Assembly (NCBI GenBank): GCA_013265495.1 | Contig: MU058065.1 | Span: 2,209,003 to 2,273,002 of the forward strand | DNA length: 64,000 nucleotides | Direction of reading: 5' to 3' | Origin: Vicugna vicugna | Lineage: Eukaryota | In this document: piece after piece, positions 47,330-60,510 of the stretch | How the letters are laid out: each line of letters starts with the position of its first letter | Numbering within the stretch: the first letter of the stretch is position 1 | Notes under the pieces: generated by a model | Databases searched by the model: none | Told to the model about the DNA's origin: nothing | What the model saw: only the letters and a program-made list of their open reading frames with translations | Translations under genes and position numbers: made by a program

Positions 47330-50000
47330 CCAGCTGGTCCCTCTTGCACAGCGTGGGGGACTTTGGCTCCTGGGCTCTCTCTCCTTCTCTAGTCCCACAG
47401 TCCATGTGGGATTAGATGCTCTGGATTCCCGCTTCCGTGACCATCTGAAATCCAGTGATCTCCATCTACTCTCGCTGCTTAGTCGTCTACATCCAAGTCT
47501 TGTCCTCACCCAGAGATGCTCAACTTCTGAAATCAGGAACTTCATCTCAGAGTCTCTGCACCACAGGCTCCTTCCTTCCAAGTTGCAGACTGGTTCTCCC
47601 ACAGCATATCTTCAGCCTAAGAGATCTCTTCCCTTCCCTCCTTCCAGTCTAGCAGGTAACTTCATGGCCCACTCTTCTGAGAAAGTAGGGGTCACTGGGC
47701 TGAAGTCTCACCATGTCCTACCCTATTTCCTTCCTCCAGACTTTTCCAGATCTACCCACATCCAAGAAATCTGCTTAAGTATCTACTGTGTCTAGGTACT
47801 TCACTAAGCCCCTAATGTATGGTAAATATGGCTGGACCCTGCTCTTTAGAACTGTCGTTCTTGTGGAAGCAAACAGACCAAAAGCAAACAGAAGAATGTC
47901 GTGGTAAAATACATGATTTTAAAAATACATAGAAGAAATATCGAGTCGGAGTGGGGAATTTAGGGGAAGTTAGAGAGAAGGCCTCCCTGCGGCAGTGCCT
48001 CATGCCTCCCAATGAACTCTTTTCTTTTTTAATAGTATTTTTAAAAGGCCATAACCTCCCTTGTCCATGTGTCCCCAGCTCACCTCGAGCGACCGTATCT
48101 TCTGAAATGAGTTAACACTTCCCCAGGCTCCCCTGTCTTCTCGTCTCTCTGCAAGCTGGCCAGAGCTCCCCAAAGTAGGAGAAGACCCCACAAGTCCTGA
48201 CGGATGTACTCGAGATGTCTCTGCAGCATTGGATGTGGACCTCCCCTCTTTTTCTGATTGATGGTGGCCCTCTCCTCCTGGTTTTCCTTCTGCCTCCCTG
48301 GCATCCCCGCTTCCTCCTGGGGCAACTTGGGGTTCTGTTCTTACCCCTCTTCAGCTCTGCGTGAAGTGTTCGGGTGAACCACATTCCCACCACTTGCACC
48401 CTCATCAGTATCAAGTGAGCCCCAGTTTGGGGTCTCCAAACTGTATAGTCTAGTGGGTTAACCTATGCTCTTTAGGCAGAAAACCCTACAAGAAATCTGA
48501 AATTGATTTTAGTTCTTACTGTCCACACCGTCCCCGCTTCATCCTTAGCCAAAATTTGTCCCTCTTTTTTTTCAGCTGTGGCTCCACCACTCACCAAGGT
48601 GCTAAAGTGACATCAGGCCCCTCCAGCACTTCCCACACTCAGACAATCACAAAATCACTTTGCTTCTCTTGGCTGTGGAATCCCAAAGAGCTCCGCTCCA
48701 AGCACGCTGGCCCTGCCTCACTTTGGAGTCTAGAAGGGGCGAAATTGTGGCCAGCATGCCATCTCCAGCTGGCATGTGTGTTGTTGGCTTAAATCGAATT
48801 AATACTTAGAAATGTGAAGCTGTCACTTGGATTTATAGCTTCTCCTAAAACCCAGGAGGCCTGGGTCCCCACGGGGCAGCGCTTGGCTGGCGCGGAGCTC
48901 CAGTGCCCGGCTACACCGGAAGTGGCTTGCTTGCCAGGCCCGCCTGGACCTGTTGTCCTCAGTTACAGCGGCTTCCCGGCTCCCACGGGCTTCTGAGCTA
49001 GTGACCGTAGGCGGGGAGGCCCTCGGCAGCCCGGGGGTCCCTGGTGACCTGCTGCACCGTCTCCCGCCTGGCCTCTCCCACTAGTTTGGCCCCTCTTTCA
49101 AAACATCTTCCACGTTGCTTCTGGGGCTACTTACCTCAGGCCTCTTGAATCCAAATCCACTCATGTCTCTCCTGATAAAAACTCAGTGCCTCCCTCTTGC
49201 CTTGGAGACAAACCCAGACCCTGAAGGAGTAGCTATGTGATGTCTCAGGTTAGGTGTCTCAGATGGAAAGGTAAGCTCTCTCTCTTGACTTTCTAAGGTG
49301 TTGTACCTGAGTTTCTCAAAATGCTTGTGAACCTCTCTACAGAGAGTAGCTGATCCATGATTGTAGGGTGGTCCCACCTGTGTTGAGATGCAGCCTCTGC
49401 TGCTTATAAACCATTTCCACAGACCTCCCCACCTTCCCACTTCCTCAGAGCCACTCTGGGAGGAGATGGGGCCCGGTGGATTCCACGTCCAGACCGCAGC
49501 AGGGAGACTATAAACATGGAGGCACAGGCTGTCCCAGGAGACTTCAGCCCTTGGAACATGGTGGCCCCATTTAACTCTGGGGCCCAGAGTCATACAGTGT
49601 GTTCCCAAGGTCATTCGGCTGCCTTTGGACAGTCCTGTCCCAGAACTCCTCAGCACTCAGCCAGGGACCTTCCCCCGGTGCTCCCCTCTCTTCCCCAGCG
49701 ACTCCCCAGGCTGCTGGCCATTTGTAATGACCCAATGAAGTCTAAGCTTTCTTCATCCCGTTCCCACTTCCCTTCCTCGTACCCTTCGCCAGACTTTATT
49801 TTCTTCAGAACCGAACTCCCCGCAGACTCCTCACACTATGGTGCTGCCCTGGCCTCCTTGCCTCCACTCCTGTTGGACTTCTGCCTAGAATTCTCTTTCC
49901 CCATCTCCTGCATTCATTGCCTGGCCAGCTTCCTCCCTTTCAAGACTTACGTCTAGGATCACCTGTTCCATAAAGTCTTTCCTGAAAATCAGTGCCCCCA
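47330..50000. mobile_element. Fragmented L2 remnants (mostly + strand, minus piece ~47760-48000)
   Basis: ccactcttctgagaaagtagggg, tactgtgtctaggtac...gaccctgctctttagaact, ctccaaactgtatagtctag and cctttcaagacttac...cacctgttccataaagtctttcctga. Confidence 0.55.
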
Positions 50001-51527
50001 ATCCTCTATGGCACACATATGGCATGTGCACACACACACGTACACTTTCCCCAGCAATGCTTCTCTGCTGGCAGTTACTGTGCCAGAGCAACACACCCTA
50101 CCCACCAGATTCTCAAGTGCCATGAAGTCATGCCTGTGTTCTGGTTTTATTTGCACCAGCGGTGCTGCAGGACCCAAAGGCATCTAATGCATGTCTGAGC
50201 TAAACCAGATTCATATTTTTCATGAGTCTGCTGCAGACTTTATGAAAGAGTGCTTGTCTTGTGGGCTTAAAGGGAAGCCCTTTCCCCAGACCTCTACCTC
50301 GGTGCCGATACTTCTGCATTTAATATATATTTCCACGTTAAAAAAAAAATCTTCGATCAACCATGTCTTCTGAGATGGGATATTACTTAGAAAAAAGCAG
50401 AAGTCTCATTCAGCAGTGCTCCTGTGCCTGTGTTCACTTCAGTTACCCTCATTTGAACCCTTTTTGGCTACATTCTGTCTTCCTTGAAGTCCACTGGCTG
50501 TACTTTGTAGTCCACAGTTTGTTCAAGGTAGGGGAATGCTTTCGGGTTTATTTCCATTAAGCTTCCCAATGATGGCTTTGCAAGCCCTCTTGCTGCCCCC
50601 TCCCCTTTTTTTTTTTTTTTTGCCAGAGTAGTTTTTTGGCTAATGTCTTAAGCTAAGTTTGGTGGAAAGAACTCTGGGTTGGGAGGCAGGCTGGGCTGTG
50701 CCACAAATAGTTTATATAGTTAACCACCTAGAACTTAATTTCTTTGTCTATCCAATTAGTGTGTTGAAATAGTGATCTCAAAGATGTCTTATTAAAAAAA
50801 ATTAGTTTCTTGGCTTATTTTCCTTTCTGATTTAGCTTTCTCATAAAAATCAGGTCTAGATGAATTTTTTTCTTAAATGTCTGTATTTGTCTATATGAAA
50901 CCTCTCCTCTCTTTTTCTCTCTCTTTTGAACCTGGAAATCATTCAGCTTGGCTCTTTAGAACACAGAAATAGCATTGAGGCCCAACATGAAGATGTAGTT
51001 TGTATTCCCACTTGGAGGCATTTATAAAAATGTTAAGTTAATTGGGTCCTATATACTTGGATCTTCTTTGTGAACCACTGTCTCCACCTATAAATGTGCC
51101 CATCTTCTCTTTCCAAAACCATCTTTCTTCATGAGTAGATTGCATGCCTGATCTGAAAATCAATATTGGGTTTTTAAAAAATGCCCTTAAGTGTGGAATG
51201 GAATCAAATGCAATAAAATACATCTTTAGGCTATTTCTTACCTGTAAGTTCACAATTTGTCTAAGAACACTGAAAGATTTTAGGACAATTTTATTTCTCT
51301 TTTGAGAAATGCTACCTTTCACCCAACTGGCCAAGTCTATTGACACAGTAAGTGATTCTCTCCTCTTATTCTGCTGTTAAATTTCTAGGTCTGAATGTAA
51401 GCCCAGTCCAGAGAAGTTGGCATTCCTTCTGCGACTCTTTTTGTGCATGGTGATGGCCACTAAGCCTAAGCAATCCTCTATTTGTAATTCCATTCATGCA
51501 TTTTGACAGACATTACATCTCCTGTTT

Positions 51528-51658
51528 TTTTAAGGTGGGGGAAGGTAATTAAGTTTCTTTCTTTATTTATTTATTTCAGTGGAGGTACTGGGGATTGAAC
51601 CCAGGACCTCATGCATGCTGAGCAGGCCCCCTATCACTGAGCTATACCCTCCCCTCCT
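51528..51658 (-). mobile_element. tRNA-Ala-derived SINE (Vic-1-like)
   Basis: ggaggtactggggattgaacccaggacctcatgcatgctgagc...ctgagctatacc plus tail ggtaattaagtttc(ttta)n. TSD catctcct(g/a)ttt at 51516-51527 and 51659-51670. Confidence 0.93.
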
Positions 51659-52389
51659 CATCTCCTATTTCATCCTTGAATTCCTTCAAAGGTCCTGGTG
51701 GATGCCCCAATTCAAGATCAGATCAGGATCACCCCCCACGCCTGTCTGTCAATCTGACCGTAGACTTTGCCCTCTGCCTGAGAAGATAATTGGAGAATTG
51801 GAATCCACTGTGCCTTTCTATTTTTAACAGTTAATTCTTGGGAGAAAGACAATGTGGAGGAGTTTTAATGGAAAATGGAAAAAAAAATCCTATGAAGAGG
51901 CAGAAAGGATTTCTTATAGTGACTGCAAATCTTGGTAAATGTACTGTTTTGTTTTTATAATGCCATCCCCCACCTCGAAGCAGCAAGAAATCTGGTAACC
52001 TGGAGAATTTCTCTCAAGAGCATACTGAGAATAGCATCAGTGCTTTCTTCTCACCGCCCCCCCACATCCCCCGGCCATTTAGTCCCAACTAGTACAGCTA
52101 TAGAAAAAATAACTGCTTGGTTTTGGCCTAAGTTTTTATGGACTAAGTCTCAAAAGTGTATGTGGGTATGTGAAGGAGTATAATACCAAATAAGCTCACT
52201 CGAAAATGAACAAGGTGACTACAGATAAAAATAGATCTTTGTTTCTTTCTGTTTTTTTTTTTTAAGAAAATGCTGTATAGATAATGGCAGTGTTTGCATT
52301 CTTTTTTTTTTTAACTAAGGAATTCACTTAGGAAGGAAATATTTTTATTGAGGATTTGGTCACTGATTGGATTTTATGGGTATTAACAA

Positions 52390-52880
52390 CTGTCTTATCT
52401 TTTGGTTACAAGTGCAGAAACATGAATGAATATAACTGAGGCAAAAACTTGGAGAGCATGGGGGAACTGTCGGCTTATGTTGCCAACCCCAAGCCATGAG
52501 GTGCTCTGGCCCTGGAGGTGGCTGGAATCAGAAACTCAGGGCCTTGGGGCTCTCTTCTCTTGCCTCTGTGTCTCTTGTCTCTGCTTCTCTCTGCAGATCC
52601 TTTTGACTCTGTCAGGTACTGTGACTGCAGGTAGCTTCAGACTTTCCTGCAGCCTCTAGATCAAAGGGGGAATACAGGCTTCTTGCAGGTTCCAGCTGGA
52701 AAAGAATCCTAGGGAGGCACTCTGATTGGCTCAGGTTGGGTCATGTGGCTTTCCCCGGGCCAATGGCCTTGGTCAGGGGAATGGGATGCTGTGACTGGCC
52801 AGAGTCAGAGTCACGTGTTCAAGCCTGCGACTAGGCGAGGAGGGAGTACTGAGGGGAGGTGTGCTGGACAGGCCAGCCAC
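52390..52880 (-). mobile_element. Old MaLR LTR (MLT1J/K-like)
   Basis: cttttggttacaagtgcagaaac...ctctgattggctcaggttgggtcatgtg...gggaatgggatgctgtgactggccag. Confidence 0.7.
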
Positions 52881-53629
52881 ACCAACTGCTGTTAGTATTT
52901 GTTTTCAGGTGACAGAGGTCTTGTGTTGTTTCCTCCAGCCTCATGCCTGCCTGTAGGACAGATACAGGGATCATTCCCATTCGGCCAGTTGTGGAGAGTG
53001 TGGGGCAGCCTGAGTGTCCGTGGTTATACATACAGCCTGTGTGTGTCAGTGTCAGAGCCCGAACCCAGGTCTGTAAACATGAGCGCTGTGGGCTAACACC
53101 TGCCGTGAACCTTCAAAGATTTATGACTCATCAATATTTATAACATCTTGAAAAGAAAATTCCTGTGAAACAACACGCCTGCTTTCAAATGACTCCTTTC
53201 TTCTCACTTTGCTGTATGATCGCCTTCCATTAGACAACCCAAAACACAGAGATGGAAAGAGACTAATACTTTTGTGTTATGATTGAAGTAACGTTTTTAT
53301 GCTTTTTGGCCCCTAGGCCCTGTGGTTGTCTAGACACTTGTTTTTTTCTGGGACTCAAAGTCTAAAATTAGCACTGACCTTTAGATTGACAAGGTAGAGT
53401 GCATGTGCCCAGAGTCCAAGAGAGTAACTTAGGCTGAGCTGGGTAAAACTCAACCAGAGAACGCCGTGTGACATGATTTTTTTAAAGATGCCTAATTGAA
53501 CACCAGAAATGTGCGGAGACTTAGAACACTGAGATTTAACTTTTTTTTATATAGTTTTTATGGTTTTTTATATTTAACTTTGTTTCAAAATTTGTCACAT
53601 CAAAATGATAGATGTTCTGCCCCCTCCTT

Positions 53630-53852
53630 TAGTATAGGTAGTAATTAAGAGTGTGGAGGATATGGCCACCAACTGCTTTGGTCTGAATCTAGATTATACC
53701 AGTTACTAGCTGGAGTCCAGGGGGCCATAGCCAATTTAATGAGCTTCTCCAAGCCTCAGTCTTTTTCATCTGTGAGTTGGGCATGCAGGTAACCACGTCT
53801 TATGTTTTTGTGAGGATGAACTGGAGAGTATACATTAGGTACTGAGCACAGG
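53630..53852 (+). mobile_element. MIR SINE
   Basis: gtaattaagagtgtgga...ccagttactagctg...aagcctcagtctttttcatctgtgagttggg...gtgaggatgaac...actgagcacag. Confidence 0.75.
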
Positions 53853-55214
53853 AGCTAGTGGAGCTGACTTCCAGGGTGCAAGGTGGCGGTGGGGTTCTGT
53901 TGGTCACAGTAGTCCCGGCGAACATTTAACTCCTCTGGGGCTTGCATTTGCATCATGTCTGTCACCTGGTGAATGAGTGACTTGCTGTACGTGTTGGCAG
54001 ACTAAGTCTCCAGACCCCTTTCCTGTAAAACTCCCAGTGAGCAGTACCTCCAGTGATCAGCTGGTCATCTGTCCTTTCCGCGGGCTTCCAGCTCTTCTAG
54101 TACTGGCGGTGGAGCAAAGGATGGCTGATGTGCGGAGCAAACTCCCTTCTCCTCCATGTGCACGAGGAAATGTAAACAGCTGTGTTACCAGAAGGTCTTT
54201 CTAGGGGCGCAGTGCAGGCTCGCCCTGTCAGGCTGGCTTTTTCTTTTCTCCTGTATGTTGGCTGTGAAGAATGAATAAATGTCTGTGCCGTAAGAAAAAT
54301 AATCTTACTTGGTTTAATATTTAGATCTTTGCAAGTGTAGCATCATGAGTCTTTTTTTTTTGTTCTCGTTTTTTCTGGCTGTGAAAAAGTCATTTTGCTG
54401 TATCCAGTGATGTCTGCAGACCCAGAAATAACCATTTTAAACACATGCTAAATGTATTTAAAACATGTGGTCATTTAGTTGTGATTTGATTCCTTCAACA
54501 TACAGAAGAGAATTGTTGGATTAACCTCTGCAAACATTCCCAGGTAGGAAATGTATTTTCTGCTTCCATTAATCTGTTTTTTCAGGATTTTACTGGCAAA
54601 TAGCTATTTGGGATTTTATGTAGCACTCAGTGTATGCCCACACCTGAATCGTTGCTTGGACAATGGGATGGGAGATGCCAGGGAGATTCTATGTGATGAC
54701 TTAATTATAAAGAGAGTTTTCTTTCTGAAAGTGTGGATTTTCGCTTTGAAATTAATTTACTGATAGACTCATATCGTCTCTTGCCAAACCTGTGTTCATT
54801 TCCTAATGACGTGTTAATTAAAACAGCAACTTGGAGGATGGCCAGAGGTGCCGCAGTCTTCACAGTGAGCCTGTTCTTGTGCGGCAGGGTGGTAAGTCGT
54901 GAATATCAAAGTGCTAATCATACTAATGTGAATTAATTCAGCAATTACTGAAAACAGAGTTGTTCCCATGCATGCATATCACTTATTAGTCTAGAATGTC
55001 TTTGAGTTGGCTAAATATCTGTTTTTAACACATACAGCTTTGCTTTTCTCTCACTCTCTACCTCACATTCTGGTTCTGTATGTGTCTTCTCCTCCCCCTT
55101 AGGAAACCTCAAGGATTTTGTGGTCTCTTACTCTCTGGGCCCTTCCACAGCAGCTGATACAGAAGAGCCCAAAAGATCCCTGAAAGGGGAGAATGAAGGG
55201 AAGGACCATTGGCT

Positions 55215-55335
55215 CATCTGTGTGTTGAGTGCTGCTAGGTGCATTTTATACGTGACCTTGTTGAATCCGAACAGGCCTTCTCAGGTAGAATTTAGTCCAG
55301 GTTTATGAGTGAGAACACTGAGATTCAGGCTTGTG
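55215..55335 (-). mobile_element. MIR fragment
   Basis: gtgctgctaggtgcattttatacg...gaatccgaacaggcc...tgagaacactgagattcag. Confidence 0.55.
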
Positions 55336-56301
55336 GGGCCCCCTTCTGAGATTCCCACCTACCCGACACCCACTCCGGGTCTCTGTGTCTTGCACTGGAG
55401 GTTTTTTGATTCTGAATGACTGAGGCTGGACGGTGGTTGCGGAGCAACAATGCGGGGAAGCCCAGACCACCGCTGGACAGAGGACCAGTCTGGGAGTCAG
55501 ACAAAGCTGGGTTTAAACACCTGTTCTGCATGTAGTAGTTTTGTGTCTGCAAAATACTCACCCCGAGCCCCGTGCTCCATTTCCAAAGACAGAGAACAGA
55601 GAGGATGGGAAAGCAGCTCTCCCGCAGACTGAATACCGCCCCCCTTTTGCTGACGGGGAGATAGGAAGTCCAGTGACTTAGGTCACTTGGCAAGCCCAGG
55701 GGTGTTCTGTGGACCAGGAACTCAGAGGCTTCGGGAGGTCAGGAGCATGGGCGAGTAATAGACCGTCTCCAGATCTCAGTTTCCCCCAGGTGAGATGAGG
55801 GCTGTGAAGCCCGCTCTCCAGGAGTTCAAAAGCCCCAGCCACAGTGCTGATAAAGCCCTTCACACACAGGACTTTCTTAATGTCAGTCACCAGGTCAGGG
55901 CTGTGGCAGGCTGAGAACTCACGTCTCCATCCCTGTCACTTGTCACCTCTCCAGACGCAAGTCTGGGTACAGTTTGGTGACAGCCGTCACCTGTCACCCC
56001 CCCATGAGTAGCCCCCAGGACACCCTGGTGACCTGGGGGCTGTTACCACCCATTCCACTGGCAGATGAATGTCTCCTTTTATCTCTGTTGTTCACACCTC
56101 TGTTCTTAAAGAGGATTATCCCCAGAGAGAAAAGGGGTTCCCAGCACTTCCTCTTGATGACTCTGCTCCACACGGGACTTCAGAGGAGCAGGAGGTGTAG
56201 CCCTGTTGTATTTGGGTGGCATTCAGTTAAAGAGCTATTTTTTGACCACTTACTCTATAACAGGTGTTCTGAGGGACACTGGCTTCAGTCACTACTACCT
56301 G

Positions 56302-56304
<3 letters not shown>

Positions 56305-56340
<36 letters not shown>
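56305..56340 (+). repeat. (TG)18 microsatellite
   Basis: Perfect dinucleotide run, followed by cacgtgcaca. Confidence 0.97.
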
Positions 56341-56341
<1 letters not shown>

Positions 56342-57176
56342 ACGTGCACAGGTAAGTCTGTGCACAGTGCGAAGCGTTGGCTTATAGCTGAGAGGCCCCA
56401 GAGTCCAGATAGCCCTCAAAGATAATGCAGTTCTTTTTCTTTTTTTGTACGCTCTTTTTGCATTTCACTCTCCGTGAAAAAAAAAACTGTACAATTGCTA
56501 TTTACCAATTGGTATCAATAATAGTAAGAGTCGGCCATTTGGTCTCGCCCATGTTCTCTATGGCTAAATACATGGGGGAGAGATCAGATCCCTTAAAAAA
56601 GATGACAGTTTTAAAGGACAGCTTTGGAAAGTGTGAAACATTACTCGCATGTGACTTTTACTTTCATTAAATACTCATGACTTTGTAGGCACTGGAGTGT
56701 CCAAACTGCAGTAAGGGCCACCCTCTTTGGGTCAGGGCTGCACCCTGCAGGGGTGCCCAGCAAAGCCTTAATGAATCACTGAAAGGCACTATGTAGAATT
56801 TTCTCTGAAAAAGAGAGCGTCCTAGTTTAAAAACTGTGTGTGTATGAATATGAGGTAAAAAATTCTTCCAAAATTGCCCCTCAGAGAAAGAAGGAGTTGC
56901 TCTGCAGGAGGGTTCTTACAAAATTTTCCATTTTACAAAGATCCTGATATGTTTGGTGGTCAGAGTTCACCGAAAGCACTGGATGGATGAGACCCATGAG
57001 TGACTGGTTGAGGACAGCTGGGGAAGGCCCATTAGCCTGAAATCCCCTGTATCAGTACTTATTATGTGTGCTTATAGAGGCTGCACGATGAAAAGGGATT
57101 TTTAAAAAGGGCAGACAAATCGAATATAGACTTATTCCTGAGGTCACGACTTCACAATTGCCAGATGTTGTGTGTT

Positions 57177-57582
57177 GTATTAGTTTAGGTCCTGCTAATT
57201 GCTGTAACAAATAAACCCAAACATGTACCATGGCTCAGGTTATCTTCCACTTGCATAAAGCCCAACATGGGTGTGTCGCTTTCCAACCTGGTGATTCAGT
57301 GACCCAGCCTCTTTTCTATCACGTGGCTCCAATTTATTTAACAGGTGGGTCCCAAGGACACAGTGCTTGTCAGCTTCAAGCTGGTGAAAGCAGAAAGGTC
57401 ATGGCGGATTGCACATGGCAGGTTTGATGGGCCGGGCCTGAGAGTGGCATCCATCACTTCTGTTCCTGTTTTCACTGACTGCTTTTCAGTCTTCTGGCCA
57501 CTCCCACCTACAGCACAGGCTATAGCCCTGTGTTCAGGAAGAAGAGGAAATGGGTTTGCTGAGAAGGTAGCTACTCTGTCAA
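57177..57582 (-). mobile_element. MaLR LTR (MLT1I/J-like)
   Basis: tgtattagtttagg...gctgtaacaaataaacccaaa...gtgattcagtgacccagcct...gggcctgagagtggcatccatcacttctg...caggaagaagaggaaatggg. Confidence 0.8.
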
Positions 57583-58701
57583 ATGAAATTTTATCAAGAC
57601 CGCGAAGGGTCACTGTAAAAACTAATGCAGTCAGTGGCATGCTGTGGGCACCACGGGAGCTATATTTGCCTATGAGGACCACTGTCCTGATGCTCTGTGA
57701 AGGGCCTCTTATGGCTTAGGATGGATTGTTCAGTGACAGCATCACACATAGATTCGAAAAGTGCTGTATCACAGGCAGCTTGGAAGAAAAGTAGACGATG
57801 TGCTCGGGAAAATGCTAGACAACTCAACAAGTGGTGACAGGCACGTAGACGATGTCTGGGAAAACTCTAAATTAAATTGCTTCACGGAAGGTGGAAATGG
57901 AAAGAAAGGTTCTGTTTCTAAATCACTGCGTGTGTGATTTCACATGTTAGTCCTAAAGTTTACTTGGTCTTGGTCAACCAAAATTTGGGGGGATGAGGGA
58001 GGAGGTGCTGGAATCCTCGTTGGGAAAAGAGGGCTGTCATATTTGGGAGGTGCTACATGTTCAAGCACACGTGGGACTTAGAACGTGAAAAGCAAAGGCT
58101 TTCCTGCTGGAAGAAGGGGCGCCTCTGACAGCCTGGGGGAGGGTCGTCAGATGTGCTGGAAGCACCGTCCTGCTCTGGGAGCAAGAGAGCGAAGCTGGAA
58201 AACTGGATCAACCCCAGTCTGGGCGGCGGCGGGGGTGAGAAAGGACCCCAAGGGATCTGACAAGGGGCAGGCTGGTGGCAGGAGCATCTCTGCCCTGTCT
58301 CTGGGAGAAGCCTCCAGCAACATCCGGCGCGTGCTTGTGGACACAGCCGTGTGCTCTCTCCCCTCTTTCTTGCCGTGTGACATGGGCACATGACTCAACC
58401 GCTCTGCACATGTCCCAAAGGGCTCATGTGAGGTTCAGGAAGATGATGCGTTCGCAGGACCATGCACACAGTGAGAGCTTTATCAATGCCCTCCCACCTC
58501 CTGTGCGGCTCCTCGCCGGCTCCAGCTGGCGAACAGCGTCTCCGTAACTGGCTCTGAAACTGGGGACATGGCGTCCCCTGTAACATGTGACTTCATGACA
58601 AAAGGAAGCTCAGCCTCCTCCCGCCCTGAAGATTCCTCAGCACAGTGTCTCATAGCACAGAGTGGACAGCGGTGGGAAGAACTCCATTAAGGCACTGATT
58701 T

Positions 58702-58845
58702 TTTTTTTAATTAAAAAAAATTTTTTTTGGAGGAAGAGAAATAATTAGGTTTATTTACTTTTTCTTACTGGCGCTACTGCGGATTGAACCCAGGACCTCA
58801 GGCATGCCAGGCACACACTCTACCACTGAGCTGCACTCCCCCCTC
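58702..58845 (-). mobile_element. tRNA-Ala-derived SINE (Vic-1-like)
   Basis: ggattgaacccaggacctcaggcatgccaggcacacactctaccactgagctgcac plus tail aataattaggtttattt. TSD ttaag(g/t)cactgattt at 58687-58701 and 58846-58860. Confidence 0.92.
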
Positions 58846-59439
58846 TTAAGTCACTGATTTAACTCCAGGAATCCTTGTTCTACCTTAGCTTTGGATGTGG
58901 GGAGGTGTAAGGCTGGTCCTATGAGTAAGAGTTCTGTGTGGCCAAAGAGTTGTCACATCACTTCTCAGGACGGTGTCGCATGTGTGTACCTTCTGAGGTG
59001 CAGGATGGGGAAGGGAGGTCGTCACTGATTTTTTAGATGCAGACGCTGAGTCACGGAGCAGGTGTGGGATTGGCCTCCTGCAGGCAGGCCTAGGCCATCC
59101 TATCCCACAGTCCTGTCGCCGTGGACACAGGTCTCCTCTGGGAAGGAGCTGAACCCTCCCCTCCCCCCCGGGTCCCTTCGGGAGGCATCAGCGGGCACCT
59201 TAGCAAGAGAAGTCAAGTCAGGCTAAAGGCAGAACCGTGGTATCTGGGTGGCTAAAGCCAGGTTTGGAACTGTGCCTCCCATCACTTCAGATGGTTTCTA
59301 AGCTTTGCAGGACTTTGCTGGCTAGATGGTAGCTTCCCCAGAAAAAACATATGTAAATATAGAGTGGTCATCTTAAATATTCCTTTGGGATTTTATTTGT
59401 TTACAAACTCATCTCGCTGCCCTTTTGGATATTTTCTTT

Positions 59440-59970
59440 GTGCTGCAGAGGTTTGAGTCAGTCAAGTCTGGGAGCATTTGTATGCTTGAGAAACACAGCC
59501 CTTTTAAATCCATTGTTTTTAAAGTCACTTGGAGCATTAAAAACCTCGGGTCATCAATTCCTAGTGTGAAAATTTAGGAGTGGTTGGGGCTTCAGGCAAG
59601 CAGTATTGACTTAAATGTGTAGAGCACTTTCAGACAGCATTCGATTGTACATTTTAAAACAGGGAATGCAAATTGAAATTCCTCCTGGGCGCTTTAACTC
59701 ACACGTTATATGTGCAGTATTTTCAATTAGCTGCAGAAAAAAAGTACGTTCGGGTGTGGGTCTATTTTTACAGCTGGGAATTGCTCTGAGAACACAATCG
59801 ACTATTTCACACGTGTGAGATTTATTTAAATGACTCACGGGGCATTTGCAGTTTAACCAATAATTGAAAATATTGTTGCAGTGTGGCAGGTAAAAGTAGG
59901 AAGTCATTTTGCATTCCTGAAGAGGTACTCCAAGCGCAGTAGCATTCCGATAATCGAGGGGGCGGGCGGT
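59440..59970. promoter_or_regulatory. Candidate intronic enhancer (AP-1/TEAD/E-box/octamer cluster)
   Basis: TGAGTCA 59454, TGACTCA 59831, GGAATG 59663, CATTCC 59912 and 59943, ATGCAAAT 59666, CACGTG 59810 and a GC box at ~59959. Non-repetitive, with retained CpGs. Confidence 0.4.
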
Positions 59971-60510
59971 GGACGAGGGTGAGAGCAATTCAGTCCTTCA
60001 TATCTCATTCCTGGGCTGAGCCACACCAGGAAAGAAAGAAAGAGCATGCCTGGCTGCCTGAGGATGCTGCGGGAGGCTGCCCTCAGCAAGGACCCAAAGC
60101 ACTAAAGCGTTCTCTTATCTCTCTCTCCTGTTTTCATTCACCAGACTCATGGAAGGTCAGATCAGCTGTGAGGAGCCCCTTCCTTCCCCCGACTCTCCTC
60201 TGGCCTCCTGTTCCTTCCCCACCGTTCTTTGCCTCCTGTTTCACACCACCCATCACCTAGCACACTAAGGCTGAAAGCCAGTTGAGTCTCTAAGGATGGA
60301 CCAACCAGCTCCTTCCTGGTGGTTCATAAACATTACTAGGGATGTAGGATGCGCGTTCCCACTGAAATGACGTTGTAAATGGTGGTCAGGGAACACTATA
60401 TTAAAATGCATGCTTGCTCCTGTGATTCAGTCAGAGTGTAGGTTAATTAGGCATTCTGTGGGCAGAATTAAAGTCCTAGCCACCAATTTTTAATTTTTCT
60501 CTGTCTGGAT

